From the human T2T-CHM13v2.0 reference genome, Homo sapiens: a DNA stretch of 64,000 bases. The translations under genes were made by a program, and so were the position numbers. Every line of letters starts with the position of its first letter. Position 1 is the stretch's first letter. Below, in pieces: positions 40,691-54,144 of the stretch. The stretch lies in NCBI RefSeq assembly GCF_009914755.1, contig NC_060928.1; one strand, given 5' to 3'. Below the pieces are notes generated by a model. It had not been told where the DNA came from, did not search any database, and was given only the letters and a program-made list of their open reading frames with translations.

Positions 40691-43600
40691 TACTCTCTTT
40701 TAAAATACAAGAATTTTAGAAAGGAATTCATGAATCTTGACACAACCTTGCAAAATAATCTTAATTAATGCTTTGAAAGAGATAGAATTGGTATGCTGTA
40801 GGTGGTTCTTATTTTTCATGGTTGGTATCTTAGGGAAAGCGTTGATAAGTGATATAATTTAGCTAGTGTGCTAGCAAAAATTAGTGTTAAAATGTAATAC
40901 TAAGTTAAAGGAAAAATTGCTGTCTTTATTTAAAAAGGAAATTTCAAATAATCTCTCACTTAAAATATTTAGGTAGAATTTATCTGTTTAGTTAAACTTA
41001 GATATTGTTATGATTCCAATTCTCAATTTTGTGTGAATAGTTATCTTAAATAACATTCAAAAGTAAAAATATAAACACTTAAGTTTACTCTTTCTTCTTC
41101 CCCTAACTAAAGCATTTATAGAGTTCACTTTTATGTCTGAACCAATTTTCTTAACACAAAGGCCATTGGATTAAGAACACTCTTTTGAGAAGTTGCATTT
41201 ACTCTCTCTGAAGATTAGGGGACCTGTCAGTAATTTTCATTTAGTAGCAATCTAAAGAGCTGTTGAAGGACACCATATATGTAGGTTAACCTGCATGTTT
41301 GAGCTAGAGTGTACAAATTTATGGTTTATAAATTGGTAGCAGCTGAATAGAAATTGTCAAGTGGGATTTTGCAGTGTAAAGTGTTTTATATCACTTATGT
41401 GTTCTGACTGCAAGAAAGTAACTTCTGCAATTCTTTCTAAAAAATCCTAGTATATCCAGCATGCAGTTCTTGGCTGAACCCAAATTGTTGGTTTCGACAA
41501 GACAGCAATAATAATGTGAGCTAATGAAAGAGCTGAATTAATTAAACAATAGAGCAGTCCTTGGACAGAAGTATAAATCTGTAGGTACAAGCATTCAGAT
41601 ATCACAAAGAGAGTTCTCTGCAGCATCTTCATCACTGGTGACAGACCACACCCAGTTCTGGTTCATTTTGTCCTTTTATACCTGTACATCTCAGTGTATT
41701 TTTAAGTACTCTGGTGTAGCTTAGGCCTGCTGGCAACACAGTAACGCCAGGAATCTTCACATTTAAAAAAAGTCATGTGTGTGCATCGATAATTTGATTT
41801 ATTATTGTTATTTTGCATTTATCCCTCACAAGAAAAGCCACTAATATAAAACAAACTCAGTAAGTGTCCTCTGTGCCTGTCAGTGGGGTAAGCATGCTCA
41901 AATCATCATATTTTTTCCTTAGCAATTCTATAAAGTACATTTATTTTTTTGATAAGGAAATTGAGACATACAATGACCCAAGATCGGACAAGTCACAATT
42001 TGCTAGACATGGATTTTAACTTATCCTACATGCCTAGGAAGAGACCTAAAAAATTGTAAAAATGTCCCTTATTTTCCTGGTATTCTTATTAAAGTTTTTC
42101 CCTTCAAGTTACTTTACTAGGTTTTATTTATTTTGTATTGCTATAAAAACGCAGATCTCAGAGTAGCCAGGTAAATGACCCTGTTTTTACAAAGGAATGA
42201 CTGCTTCCTAAGAAAATAAGCAGATTCCTCAAATTCCACAAGGAGCCTGTGCTTTACGTAAGGTTAGCCAGTCAGCAAATATGTGTGTAGGGCGCACCAT
42301 AAGCCAGAGACTGTGACGGGGGAGGTGTTCAGTGTCACTCTTTTAAGGCTAGTAGGGACTGCTGGTTGGGTCACCGTTTTAGACAAGTGGTTCTCAAACT
42401 TGAATAGTCTATTGATTTCTTTTAAAGTATATAAAAAATTATGACCTCCAGTGTTATTTTTATTATAGTGTTAAGTATTAAAAACATAAAGCCACATAAA
42501 ACTTCTTAAATTCTTGTGCCACTATAAAAAAGAAACTTTGACAAATTAAGTAAAACTTATGTAAGTTTTATAATATTATTCAAATAAAGGGCATAAATTT
42601 AATACAATGAATGGAAATGTCTGAAACTAAATTTAACATATTGTGCTTAGTAATAAAAAAAGAAATAACCTCAGAGTTCTGTATTTAGTTTCTGAATTTG
42701 ACTCCAGTAAAAATAATATAAAGAATACCTTTTTTGTAAGTATGTTGTACAAACTATTCTTAATAACTTTAAGGTGTTGTTTCCTACTTCAAGCTAATAA
42801 AACTTATAGCTATCAGAGAATAGCTTTAAGAGAATATAATCTTTGAAAGCTCTCTTTATTTGCTTGGAGAGGAAATTACTATTGGGATAGAATTGTGTAC
42901 GCAAACCAATAAAAGCTAAAATTGAAAACTGAAAAAATGTTTCACTGTGGATTTTCTATTACACTCACTGCTAATGGTCAGTGCACGTTGGACTATATGA
43001 AGATAGCATCTGAGCATATGTTAATATGCTACTGACTGCTGCTGCTCAGGCACTTTTGGCTCGTCATGTCCTGCCATGTATGATGAACAGATTCTCTGAC
43101 CATTCTTGTCTCTGTACTACAGCAAAATGTTCTGTCTATTATGCATCTGTATATCATTTGGACTTCACTTGTTATGTACTGAGTTATAAACACAAAGACA
43201 TATACCGAAGTTATATGTTTATACTCACATATAGGGTAGCCATGTAGAGGACCTGGAATATGCTAATATTTTCTTTATTAGGTTATTATTGAAACGTAAG
43301 CACAGAATTAAAGAATTAAAAAACTTGTAGCAAGCTCATGGGCCCCTGTGGACATGCCCCTAGAGCCTTTGGGTCAGCACTCCTTGGGGATATAATGTGG
43401 CTCTATGAATGCACATTCCTCCCTGCCTTTCATGTCCACACTGCTGGGTGCTAAGAAAGTTGTTCTGTGTTTCTAATATTCAGATACAAGACAACATACA
43501 GAACTGTGTCAAGAATAATTTAATGGGAAATTTTTCTTTCTTGGCCTGAGATGTCACTCCAGGGTTATAAAGGGGGCAAGTTTTAATGACATCCATCTGT

Positions 43601-45089
43601 TGCAGATTAAAATAGGTGGGGCTCAGCATTGGAATTCCTTGTCCAGAGTTTGACTATGGGCATCAGCACAATTTGTTTTAGGATTTGAGAGTCCTAGGGA
43701 CATAAAGCAGCAAAGCAGGGAGAGGATAGTCTTACATTTGTCTGAGACTTTCTTCCAAAGAAGTTGCTTTTGCCTCATTTTCTCTTTATTTTGCTTTTAT
43801 GTGTGAAATCTCCTGGTTGAGCAAAGAAAACAGTCTATTTTAAAAGCATGCTTTTCCTCCTACTTATACTTGATTTTAAAACTCTTGCTTTTATCATAAT
43901 CAGTTGGGAAACACAGCATGGTAAAAATTGCTGTATCTCTCTCCCTGAATGTTTGAATCCTCTTTCATCTCTGTGTTGATTGAAGATAACCAGGCTAACC
44001 ACTGTTTATCCAAAGCGCTTGTGTCAAGGGCCTTAATCACAGATTGACCTCATTGTAGGGTACGATGTGCTTGTGTCTATGTGGAAGGGAGAGAAGAATA
44101 TGTATTTCTATGCAGGTATATAAATTTGGGCTTCAATAATGTCAATATTCATACATAACTTTTAAAACCTCATTTTATTTCTGTCTTTGGAATTTACATT
44201 CTTGGACCATTTTATGATAATATTTCCATTTAATGCATTTTCTCACTTTGGGGGAAACCAAATCCCTTAAAGGGGTTCTAGAAGAATTCAACTTACCCAA
44301 AAGTCTCCTATGACTCAACTGCTGAAGTGGTCTTTGGCAGAATGGCTCAGATATTACATTTCCATAGGACCCAGACCCTTCAGAACACTGGGAGGATTGT
44401 TTGCTAAAATTCTAAGGATTTGCTATAACTTTGACATGCATTCACTTTTTAAAAGTTTGATGAAAAGAGAAAACCAGTTATGAAAACTTTTTGTTACTCT
44501 ATAACGGCAAAAGCAATCCTCAATGTCATGTCCAATCCCCAGAGAAGATTCAAAGATGGTCTATTATATACTCCTCAGCAATACCTGAGGCCCCATCAGA
44601 CCATCATTGCCACTCCAGGCTGCTGCATTGGTGTTTCTAGGTGTCTCTTCATTCCTTTGGTGTCAGGCTCTTCTTCTGGCTCCACCTGTTCACAGCATTC
44701 TTTTTTATAGGAACAATAGAGCAACCTGATCTTTTGCTGAGTTTAATCATGTTAAGCATGTAGAGGGAGACAGACAATTGGCTTCTTAATGCAAAGCATC
44801 CTTTATCACCTGTTTCCTCATTCTCACATGAATGTGTTTCTAAGTAGTTCATCTCAGATTGGCTCTTAATTTTCTAGGTGCATATAGAGGGGTGATAGTT
44901 GTGAGGGTAGGGATGGCAGTCAAGAATTTTCTCTCCAGCTGAGGCACTTTATTTAGCAAGTGCCATGATTTACAGAGTAAATATGTAGACCAAAGGCATA
45001 ACTGGGGTTAATGCAGGTGAAATAAACCTAGAGCTCACAGGCTAGGAATCTGTAGTAATATTCACTGTGATACTTTGAAGGTGTGGGAT

Positions 45090-45325
45090 AGGATAGCAGA
45101 TAAAACTTACAGCTCTGAACTGATAAACATAAATTAAATCTCAGGTCTTCCACTAAATAAATGTGTGTAAATACGTGACTCTGGAAACTTTCTAAATCTC
45201 TTTCCTCATCTATTAAATGGGCATAAGAATAGTTTTTTTCTCATAGTATTGTTGTATTTGTGATATAATACATGTGACTCCTTGAGCTCTGTTCCTGACC
45301 CACTAAACCCTCAGTAAATGTTACC
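45090..45325 (+). mobile_element. MIR SINE relic
   Basis: tgtgactctggaaac...tttcctcatctattaaatgggcataagaatag...ctcagtaaatgtta. Confidence 0.65.
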
Positions 45326-47133
45326 TATAAGCATCTGCTTTATGTACAAATTGGAAGTACTTTCTAGGAACAACCTCTAATATAATATATAGCACACAGA
45401 TTTGTTTTGGAAAAACTTTATATACAGGAATAATATGTTCGTATTTTATATCTGTAACCTAATACTATTTAATTTTTGTTGTTTTATAGTAAAATTAATG
45501 TTTCTTGTGAGATATTAATATAACATAATACACAGTATTATAACTCACTTTTAAGTGCTGTGACAACAAACCTGAAGGTAGGAAATCCTCTTGGAATTTA
45601 GCATATGCTGCAAACAGCAAAATAAATTTCATAGAATAGGCATTTAAAAACGAGTCACAGTTCAGTCGCTGCAGCATTGCAGATATTCTTGGGGGCACTC
45701 TGCCATTGGTACAGACTTCAGGAAGGATGAAGAGTGAAGAACAGTGTGATATTAATCATATGATGATGGATTTCTAAAGAATCAGGGCATGAATTCTGGA
45801 TGTATAGATTTCAGTCACACCTTTCAACTCTTAATAAATAATCTATCTCATTTATAAACATATAAGCCACTTGGTATTTGGGTTAAAAGTGAGGTAACTT
45901 AGTTCTATGGTTTTCAGTCTTTCCATGTGTAAATCATTTTAACAGTATGCAAGTAATTCCATATTTGAAACTCCCAGAGAAGATACTTCCATTTCTATCT
46001 CTGTACATCACCACAGATCATAATAAATAGCTCTGACCGAGTATGCCAAGAGGTTCTTGCCAAGTACTTTGTTTGAGGGAGGGAGGCAGTGTAGCCTAGT
46101 GAGGAGAATGTTTGATTAAGAGTCATCAAACCTTCATCTCAATTCCTAATAGGTAAATTGTGTCCCTTTTCATGCCTCCATTTTCTCTTTAGTCAGATAT
46201 TATATGACAAAAAATTATAACAGTTATGCAGGTGTCTTGGAACCCAACAAAAGTTTATCATCGTTATTATGTTAAGGTTTAAAAGTCAGACTTTATAACC
46301 AAGCCAGGGGGCCGTGTGATTGTAACTGTGCATCTGGAGCAACTCTCTTCGGACTTTTCACGGGCAGAATTCAGCTGAGTCTCCCAGCATCTGATTTTGA
46401 GAGGAGTGTGGGAAGATGAGAAACTTAAAAAGCAGTTTCCATCCAGAGTGATCATCTTTACCAAAAGATTTTAGTCTGGTATTATGTCAGGTGGTTTAAA
46501 TTTAATCATGTTTATCCAGAATCACTGGGATCACAAAATTTGCATCAGCCCAGTCCACACCTGCGAAGTAGTGCTATCCCCTTTCCTCAAAGCACCCTCG
46601 GAGCTTTCTGTTATTCCCTTCTAATGAGACCAGATGACTGCCAAGTGACCCATACTCAGTGTTCTCTCTCAGAAGCATCTGAAAACCAACAGGAAAGAAA
46701 GAGAAAGAAAAAAACCCAGTAGCTTTAATTTCTTTAGCTTTCTGATTCTTTTTTGACTTGAGGTTAGCTCAGTATAAAGTCACTAGAATCTTGAAGCTAA
46801 AATGAATGAGTAATAGCAGTACTTGAGGCTAGCATCAACACGTCTTCAATTGTGGCTGAAGATTTAGAATAAAGCAGTAACAATTATTTCCATTTTAATG
46901 GTTCTTTTATACTCTAAAATATTGACTTTTAATGTACTTAGACAACTCTCTAGAAATATTGTGAAGTTGCTACCTTATATAGTGAATGATTATTCAATGT
47001 TTTAAACTCCGTATTATTGAAATTTTTCCAACTAAAGCTTTTCTGACTTCAGTGTAAACATTCTTGTCTTTCTGTATTGGATACATTTCTATTTCATCAA
47101 TAGTTCATTAAAGGTCTTTTATTTTTCTCGCAG

Positions 47134-47235
47134 TCTGACAGCAATGCAAGCTTCCTCCGTGCTGCCAGAGCAGGCAACCTGGACAAAGTTGTGGAATATC
47201 TGAAGGGGGGCATAGACATCAATACCTGCAATCAG
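47134..47235 (+). CDS. ANK2: Ankyrin-2 (ankyrin-B) internal coding exon (canonical exon 2), start of ANK repeat 1
   Basis: Acceptor tcttttatttttctcgcag|, donor CAG|gtaaga, 102 nt = 34 codons, phase 0/0. Translates to [34 protein letters not shown], which I recognise as the ankyrin-B sequence after the exon-1 peptide. Confidence 0.97.
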
Positions 47236-48619
47236 GTAAGAACATGGCAGCTAGCTCTGTGTTGTGCAACGAAGGAACACTCATTACATTCTCAGAGCCC
47301 AAGATTATTTTTGTCTTTATTAAAAATACTAAAATATCAGTGACTCAGACTTCTGAAATCCCATTTTTTGCCCCCTTACCAACTTTTCAAGTATCAGATG
47401 TTTGTATCTAGAGCTAATGTTGCTGAAAAAGCAGATAGATCAAAAACAACAACTGAATGTCAATTTTGTTTGTGAAATGATTTGGGCCACCTTTAGCTGG
47501 AATTTTGACCAAGAATGATGTTTTACTTCTCATTTATCATCTAGTAATCCAGATCTTGGCTTCTTTCCTTCTTGACTATATGCACTTTACTCATGGGAAA
47601 CTGATTATTACAATTTAGTATACAGAAATAAGAGGATAAAATGTTCTCCTAATTAATTTTAAAATATGGCTCATAATGAGAATAATTTGAAATTATTATT
47701 GTAAATGATGTATCCATTCATCATGTCCATTTCATAAGGACTTTAGAGAATATTATACACTTTGGATATTATTTGGTACCAACGTTGACATTTTTGTGCT
47801 ATTTTTGAGTAAGATTTTTACATCATGAATTAAAGTGTCTAGTGGACTGCAGTATTCACTTCAATGCTAAATGTTGTGTTGTGTGTTGTGTGTATGTGTT
47901 TGACAGAGACCTAACTAGGAAGTGAATAATTCTGGCTAATTTTAAGTTAAAAGGAGGTAAATGTCACTACTGGATTCTAAATTATATATAAATTCCTTTT
48001 TCTATATCCTGGTATATATTGAACCCAGTTATGTTTACTTTATAGACCACTGAAATTAATAAATCTTTCAAAAACAACTTTTCAGAAACTGAGCCCGGTA
48101 TCTTATCCTCAAACTTATTGTACTCCCTAATTCCTACCTGCTGATTTCCTCACCAATGTGCCATTCCAACCCAACTGTTTCCCGTTCCTCATCTTTCCCC
48201 CTCTCCAGCCCAGCACTCCTCTCTTTGTTCACCTTCTGCATCCAGATTACATGAGCTCGGATCACCTTGTGGTACTTAACAGAGTTGTCATAACAGCCTT
48301 CTTACTAGGTTCTGTCTTCAATCTTGTCCACTTTGATCAATTCTCCACATAATGCCTTGAGCGATAAATAAAATAAAAATAAGATTACAACACTTCCTTC
48401 CTCCCCAAACTTCTATGGCTACCCTATATGGCTACCAATTCCCAGATCAGTGAGGTGGTTGTTTCAAAATCACCTGCAGGCTTTTGCAAAGGGTACAGGA
48501 TTTCCCTCCTTCTTCTTCAGAGTCACTGGCATAAAGAGCATTGTCACTGATGTCAATATTTCTCATATTTTAGGGGAGTGTGTCTCTTACCGTGAAAACA
48601 TGTTGAGAGCTACTTAATG

Positions 48620-49078
48620 TTGGGAAAGGCATTCTGCTGTGGCCCTGAGCAGTCCTGCAGATACTTTTGGGAATAACAAGAATGAAAGACTTTGGGATTG
48701 CTTTTTATCTGGGCTATTTCTCAGGGTGGTGCTCGCAGTGAGCAACCTTGAGGGATTAGGCGATATCTCCCTCTAGCTACAAAGCAGGCCTGTATGAATC
48801 CCCCAAGGTCAGTGTTCTTCTTTAACACAACCCACATGTATGGGCATCCATCATTGGTCCTTTGTGTCAACCCTGTTAGATATGGGGGAAGAAAGGGATA
48901 GGGAACTGGTATAAGCAGCAGGCTGACACTTGGCTACTGCTTTTGCTCTGAATTACAACGTCCTTTGTTTCTCACCCAGAAGACTTGTGTCTTCTACTAG
49001 CATTATGAAACAGTAATGGTTTAGTTTTTAACTCTTTGGTAAGATAAAATCTCAAGAACTTTACATAGTTCTTAACAC
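48620..49078 (+). mobile_element. ERVL-class solo LTR (LTR40-like)
   Basis: 3' end ...ttgtgtcttctactagcattatgaaac...ggtaagataaaatctcaagaactttacatagttcttaaca resembles the LTR40 terminus. Confidence 0.6.
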
Positions 49079-49325
49079 TGACCTATGGAATAAACCCAAA
49101 TTACTGTATTCCAATATGTAAAATCTTCGTATGTTGTGTCTACATTCCTCCATCTTATTTTTCATTATGAATCATTTTATCTGATTTTTTTTTGTGTTCT
49201 TTTGGACAAATAATTTGAACTTTAGATACATTAGTTACCTTAAGAAAGAAAGAACATTCAAACTCCCATATGGATATATGGACTTATTCTATAAAATACT
49301 TATGAAGTTGAATATGAAATATTTA

Positions 49326-49797
49326 TTTATTTATTTTTATTTTATTTTATTTTATTTTTTATTATACTTTAAGTTCTAGGGTTCATGTGCACAACATGCA
49401 GGTTTGTTACATATGCATACATGCGCCATGTTGGTGTGCTGCACCCATTAACTCGTCAATTACATTAGGTGTATCTCCTAACGCTATCCCTCGCTCCTCC
49501 CCCCACCCCACAACAGGCCCTGGGTGTGTGATATTCCCTTTCCTGTGTCCAAGTGTTCTCATTGTTCAATTCCCAGTTATGAGTGAGAACATGCGGTGTT
49601 TGGTTTTTTGTCCTTGAGATAGTTTGCTGAGACTGATGGTTTCCAGCTTCATCCGTGTCCCTACAAAGGACATGAACTCATCCTTTTTTATGGCTGCATA
49701 GTATTCCATGGTGTATATGTGCCACATTTTCTTAATCCAGTCTATCATTGATGGACATTTGGGTTGGTTCCAAGTCTTTGCTATTGTGAATAGTGCA
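49326..49797 (-). mobile_element. 5'-truncated L1PA (about PA4-5) with TSD
   Basis: (TTTA)n tail, L1 3'UTR and ORF2 C-terminus (KKMWHIYTMEYYAAIKKDEFMSF); TSD gaatatg(a/g)aatattta at 49310-49325 and 49798-49813. Confidence 0.96.
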
Positions 49798-49839
49798 GAA
49801 TATGGAATATTTAATACTTTTCACGTAAACTTAGGTTTC

Positions 49840-50097
49840 CAGGCTGGAGTGCGGTGGCGTGATCTCGGCTCACTGCAGGCTTCGTCCCCTGGGGTTCACG
49901 CCATTCTCCTGCCTCAGCCTCCCGAGTAGCTGGGACTACAGGCGCCCGCCACCACGCCCGGCTAATTTTTTGTATTTTTAGTAGAGACGGGGTTTCACCA
50001 TGTTAGCCAGGATGGTCTCGATCTCCTGACCTCGTGATCAGCCCGCCTCGGCCTCCCAAAGTGCTGGGATTACAGGCGTGAGCCACCGCGCCCGGCC
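49840..50097 (-). mobile_element. AluY lacking poly-A tail and 3' end, with 13-bp TSD
   Basis: AluY diagnostics (gttcacgccattctc, gttagccaggatggtctcgatctc), many intact CpGs; aaacttaggtttc at 49827-49839 and 50098-50110. Confidence 0.95.
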
Positions 50098-50817
50098 AAA
50101 CTTAGGTTTCTTTAAGTAGATTAAATGCACTCCCTAAATGTCAATTTGTTAACTTTCTAAATTTACAATATGCTAGAGAATAGACAATGAAACCGTTAGT
50201 TCATTTAGGTAAACTTATCATAAATAACACCAAAAAAGAGAACCTAAGGAAAAGAAAGTTCATTTCAAACCAAGTCTACTTCACACTGAAGTATAACAAA
50301 TACATTAATTGTATGAAAGGTCTTAGGGTTATTTTGAGAAAGAATAATCTCTCAACAGTAAATACTCAATTCTTATCATATTTATAGACCATCTTAGCTT
50401 CTTGAGTTAGCTTTTTCTTATAGTGGCCAGCCATCCACTAACATGTCACTATAAAAGGAAAGAACATTTATTTCTGTGAGAAGGCAACATGATCTCATGA
50501 AGCCCACACAAAATTTAGAGCCCACAGGTTCAAATTCAAGTTTCATCTCTACTTTGAAGAAGTCAGCTCACTTTAGAAAGTGATATTTTTCTAACTTGTA
50601 AAACAGGATAAAAACAATACATTCAATGCTTATACCCCTGGGTTGCAATTTAAGTTAAATTATGAAATGTAAAAGGAGTTTCTAAGGTACATGTGTTCTA
50701 ATTACAATTACTGTATATAATTCACCAAGAATTATACAAATTAAAATTGACTTACACTCAAAATATGAGGTTGATTCTCTTCAATTCCCTGACTCGCCAG
50801 GTATAAAGTAAATGCAA

Positions 50818-51002
50818 GGCCAGGTGTGGTGGCTCACACCTGTAATCCTAGCACTTTGGGATTACAGTGGGAGGCTGAGGCAGGAGGATTGCTTGAGCCC
50901 AGGAGTTCCAGGCTGCAGTTAGCTATGATCGTGCCACTGTGCTTCAGCCTGAGTGGGTGACAGAGTAAGACCCTGTCTCTTAAAAAAATAAATAAATAAA
51001 AC
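50818..51002 (+). mobile_element. Internally deleted AluJ / monomer-like element
   Basis: Left-arm start fused to right-arm end, with A-rich tail. Confidence 0.85.
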
Positions 51003-51003
51003 A

Positions 51004-51360
<357 letters not shown>

Positions 51361-52939
51361 TCAAGACAGTATATTAATTAAATAAAGATTAGGGAAATAC
51401 AGTGACTAATGTTACCTGCTTAGCTACTGTGTATTAGACTTTGTGCTGGGGCTTTACATGTGATGTCTTATCAGTCAACTGAGATGAAATATTGTGAGAC
51501 AGGGATTAGTTCAAGTTTACAAATGTAGAAACTGGGCCCACAGTGGTTAAGTGACATTCCCAGGGCCACATGGATCTGTCTGTGTCCCAAGTCCAAGCTT
51601 TTTTCTGCTGCAGGATATCTTTTTGAGTAGCTATTTGGAGCTGCCCTTCAAAGTAATACAGTGGTGATGTCCTTTATCTTAAAGCTCAAAACTTATTTTT
51701 AATCTACTACTGCTAATATAAAAATAACTTTATTCATAGGTGGTTACAGGATCTTTTAAGTCAAAGAGCACCACCACCAGGATTTCTACTAAAACTCAAA
51801 TACAATATAGAACAGGAAATGATTTCTAAATACCCAGGAAAGTAAAAGAGACAACTATTCAGCCAAACTATTGCTATTTCTAAGTATACAATATTCAAAG
51901 ATAATATGGCATATGAAAGAAGAAAAGAAAATGTATCCTCTAGTTTGCTGCTAAGCCTGAGTTTCTAGGGAGCATTACAATATGTAATGTAGAAACCAGG
52001 ACTTTCTGTACTCTGTTGCATTTCTCAATGAAAGGCAATCTGAGCTGCACCAGCTTTCCAAAAATATCACATGTGTTGGCGTGCTAAGATTCCTTAAACT
52101 GAAATTTGAATCAATGTTTTTTCTTTATAAAATTGGTTTCACAACTACCATGAGAAGTTTAAAATGTAATTCCCAAATACTATTTTGCTTTTAATTATTT
52201 AAATGATATGGGGAAAATTCATAAATTTGGCACATGAAAATACTCTAAAAGAATGTCAAGTTTTCATTTTTCTTTTTTAAATGATTACTAATATGGTTAA
52301 CTTTTATTTTCTTTAAAAGATTACACCAGTCATCTTTTTACCGTATTATCTCTTGTACATTTAGAAGAGAAAATAAATCTTAGCGTTCAATTTATTTCTG
52401 AAACTCATAAAGACTTACTTTCTTACCTATTCCCTATTTAGTAATTCTGCATAACTTAATACTGTTACAAACAAGATTAACATTCGGACATTAAAAATAA
52501 ACTGTATAGTATTTTAATAAAAGTTTGTAGCCAGTTACAAGTCAATAAAAACCCCAGTAGTTTCAGAAAGTTTCATCATGTATACAATTTATTAGTTTCA
52601 CTATAGTGACTTCAAAATGAAAGACTATCACTTAGCATTTATTTAATACAATCCTGGATATGATACCAGTGATTAACAGGTCTTAAAATGCCCTGAATTT
52701 TGGCCTTGGCCTTTTACCATTGGAGTTTAAAGGTGCAAAATTATCAGTTAAATCCTGTGTTTCCTTTTTTATAAACAGAAGGCAAGGTCGAAGCACCATT
52801 TTCAAAACAATATTAATGTTCCTCAAATAGCAGACCTTTAGCAACAAGAAGATACACTCAGCAATGACTTTAGCATATGCTCACACAGTATGACTCAGAC
52901 CATGAAGCATATTTGGAAGTCACATTAACAATGTGGATG

Positions 52940-53140
52940 CTGGAAACCAAATTCTAGTTTTCCCCACTTACCAGCTGAGTGACCCTCGGCAGTCAGCTTC
53001 TGCAGGCCTGAGTTTTCTCAACTGGAGTGAGCATAACAACACTGAAGTTTTAGGGTTGTTTTGATGATTAAGTGAAATGTTTGCAAAATGCTTGGCAGAG
53101 CAAGTACTCAATAAATACTTGTGAAAATGATGCTTATTAT
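52940..53140 (+). mobile_element. MIR SINE relic
   Basis: ccacttaccagctgagtgaccctcggc...gcctgagttttctcaactgg...gggttgttttgatgattaagtga...tactcaataaat. Confidence 0.75.
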
Positions 53141-54144
53141 AATAATGTAATTTTTTTATATTGATTCTCAACCTAAGCTTTAGCAAAAGTAGCACTGATT
53201 CGCACAAGCAGGACAGAACATAAAAGGTATTGCCATAGCCTGTATCACCAAATAGAAAAAAATTATGATTAGTAGCAATTTGGTAAAGTTACTATTTATC
53301 TGGGTTGCATTAAACTGAAATATTTATCTGGAACTAAAATCTTTTTCACAAATGCCATTTGGGTTCATCTGGTTTAGACTTCTCTTTAAAAATACTAAAA
53401 ACAATTCTATTAGCCTGGGACCTTATAAAAACAACAAAAATGAATAGGGGAGAATTAAATTCATGGAATTAATGGAACATGGAATGAGCTATATGCAGTT
53501 TTCTAACCAGTTAAATTAGGCACAAATATATATGCAAAAATATAACTATATAGCTAAATGCTTATTATTGACCCCTCATTTAGAAGAAGCAAAAGGTGAT
53601 GTTTCCATCTGGTTCTGGTTATGTGGTTTTGGATTCTGTGCCATCCTGTAATCTCTTTCGATGCATCAGTGCTGGTCCTTGCTCTATACTGGGTAGTGCT
53701 GATTCAGGTTAGAATTGAGTAACACCTGTCTAATATTTTGAGTACTTAGAAATTTTAGTTTACTTGTTGATATTTGCTCAATGTAAAGTAAATCCAGTAG
53801 AGAGTTTTCATCAACTACTTGCCCCCAGCTCTAAAAACTTCATTCTGTTTACAATTAGGCAGGTTTATGAAGATTTCGAAATGTGACTCTTCTTTCATTT
53901 TAAAAATGCTGGGAGTAGCTTCATGCAAATTATTTCTATGACTGTCTTATTAAGTACTCTCCGCAGTGGTTTAGATCGGAACAGAACACTTTATAATCTG
54001 GAAATTCTCTTGAACACTCTCTTTCTATGGCTAAGCGACATGGATTTTAATATCTGACTCCAAGCAGCCACTCCACTCTTCCTAGCTCATCTTAGATAGT
54101 AGAATCGCAGCATTTTTTTCTGCCGGTCTGAACTCAGGCACGCT

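Noticed and set aside
41880-42265. Isolated donor-like motifs (GGG|gtaagc, CAG|gtaaat, TAC|gtaagg)
   Set aside because: I could not pair them with a convincing acceptor or an in-phase ATG, and such motifs are frequent in introns.
43080-43099. ATGATGA ... CTGA box C/D-like pair
   Set aside because: The boxes are only 9 nt apart, too short for a snoRNA, and there is no convincing terminal stem.
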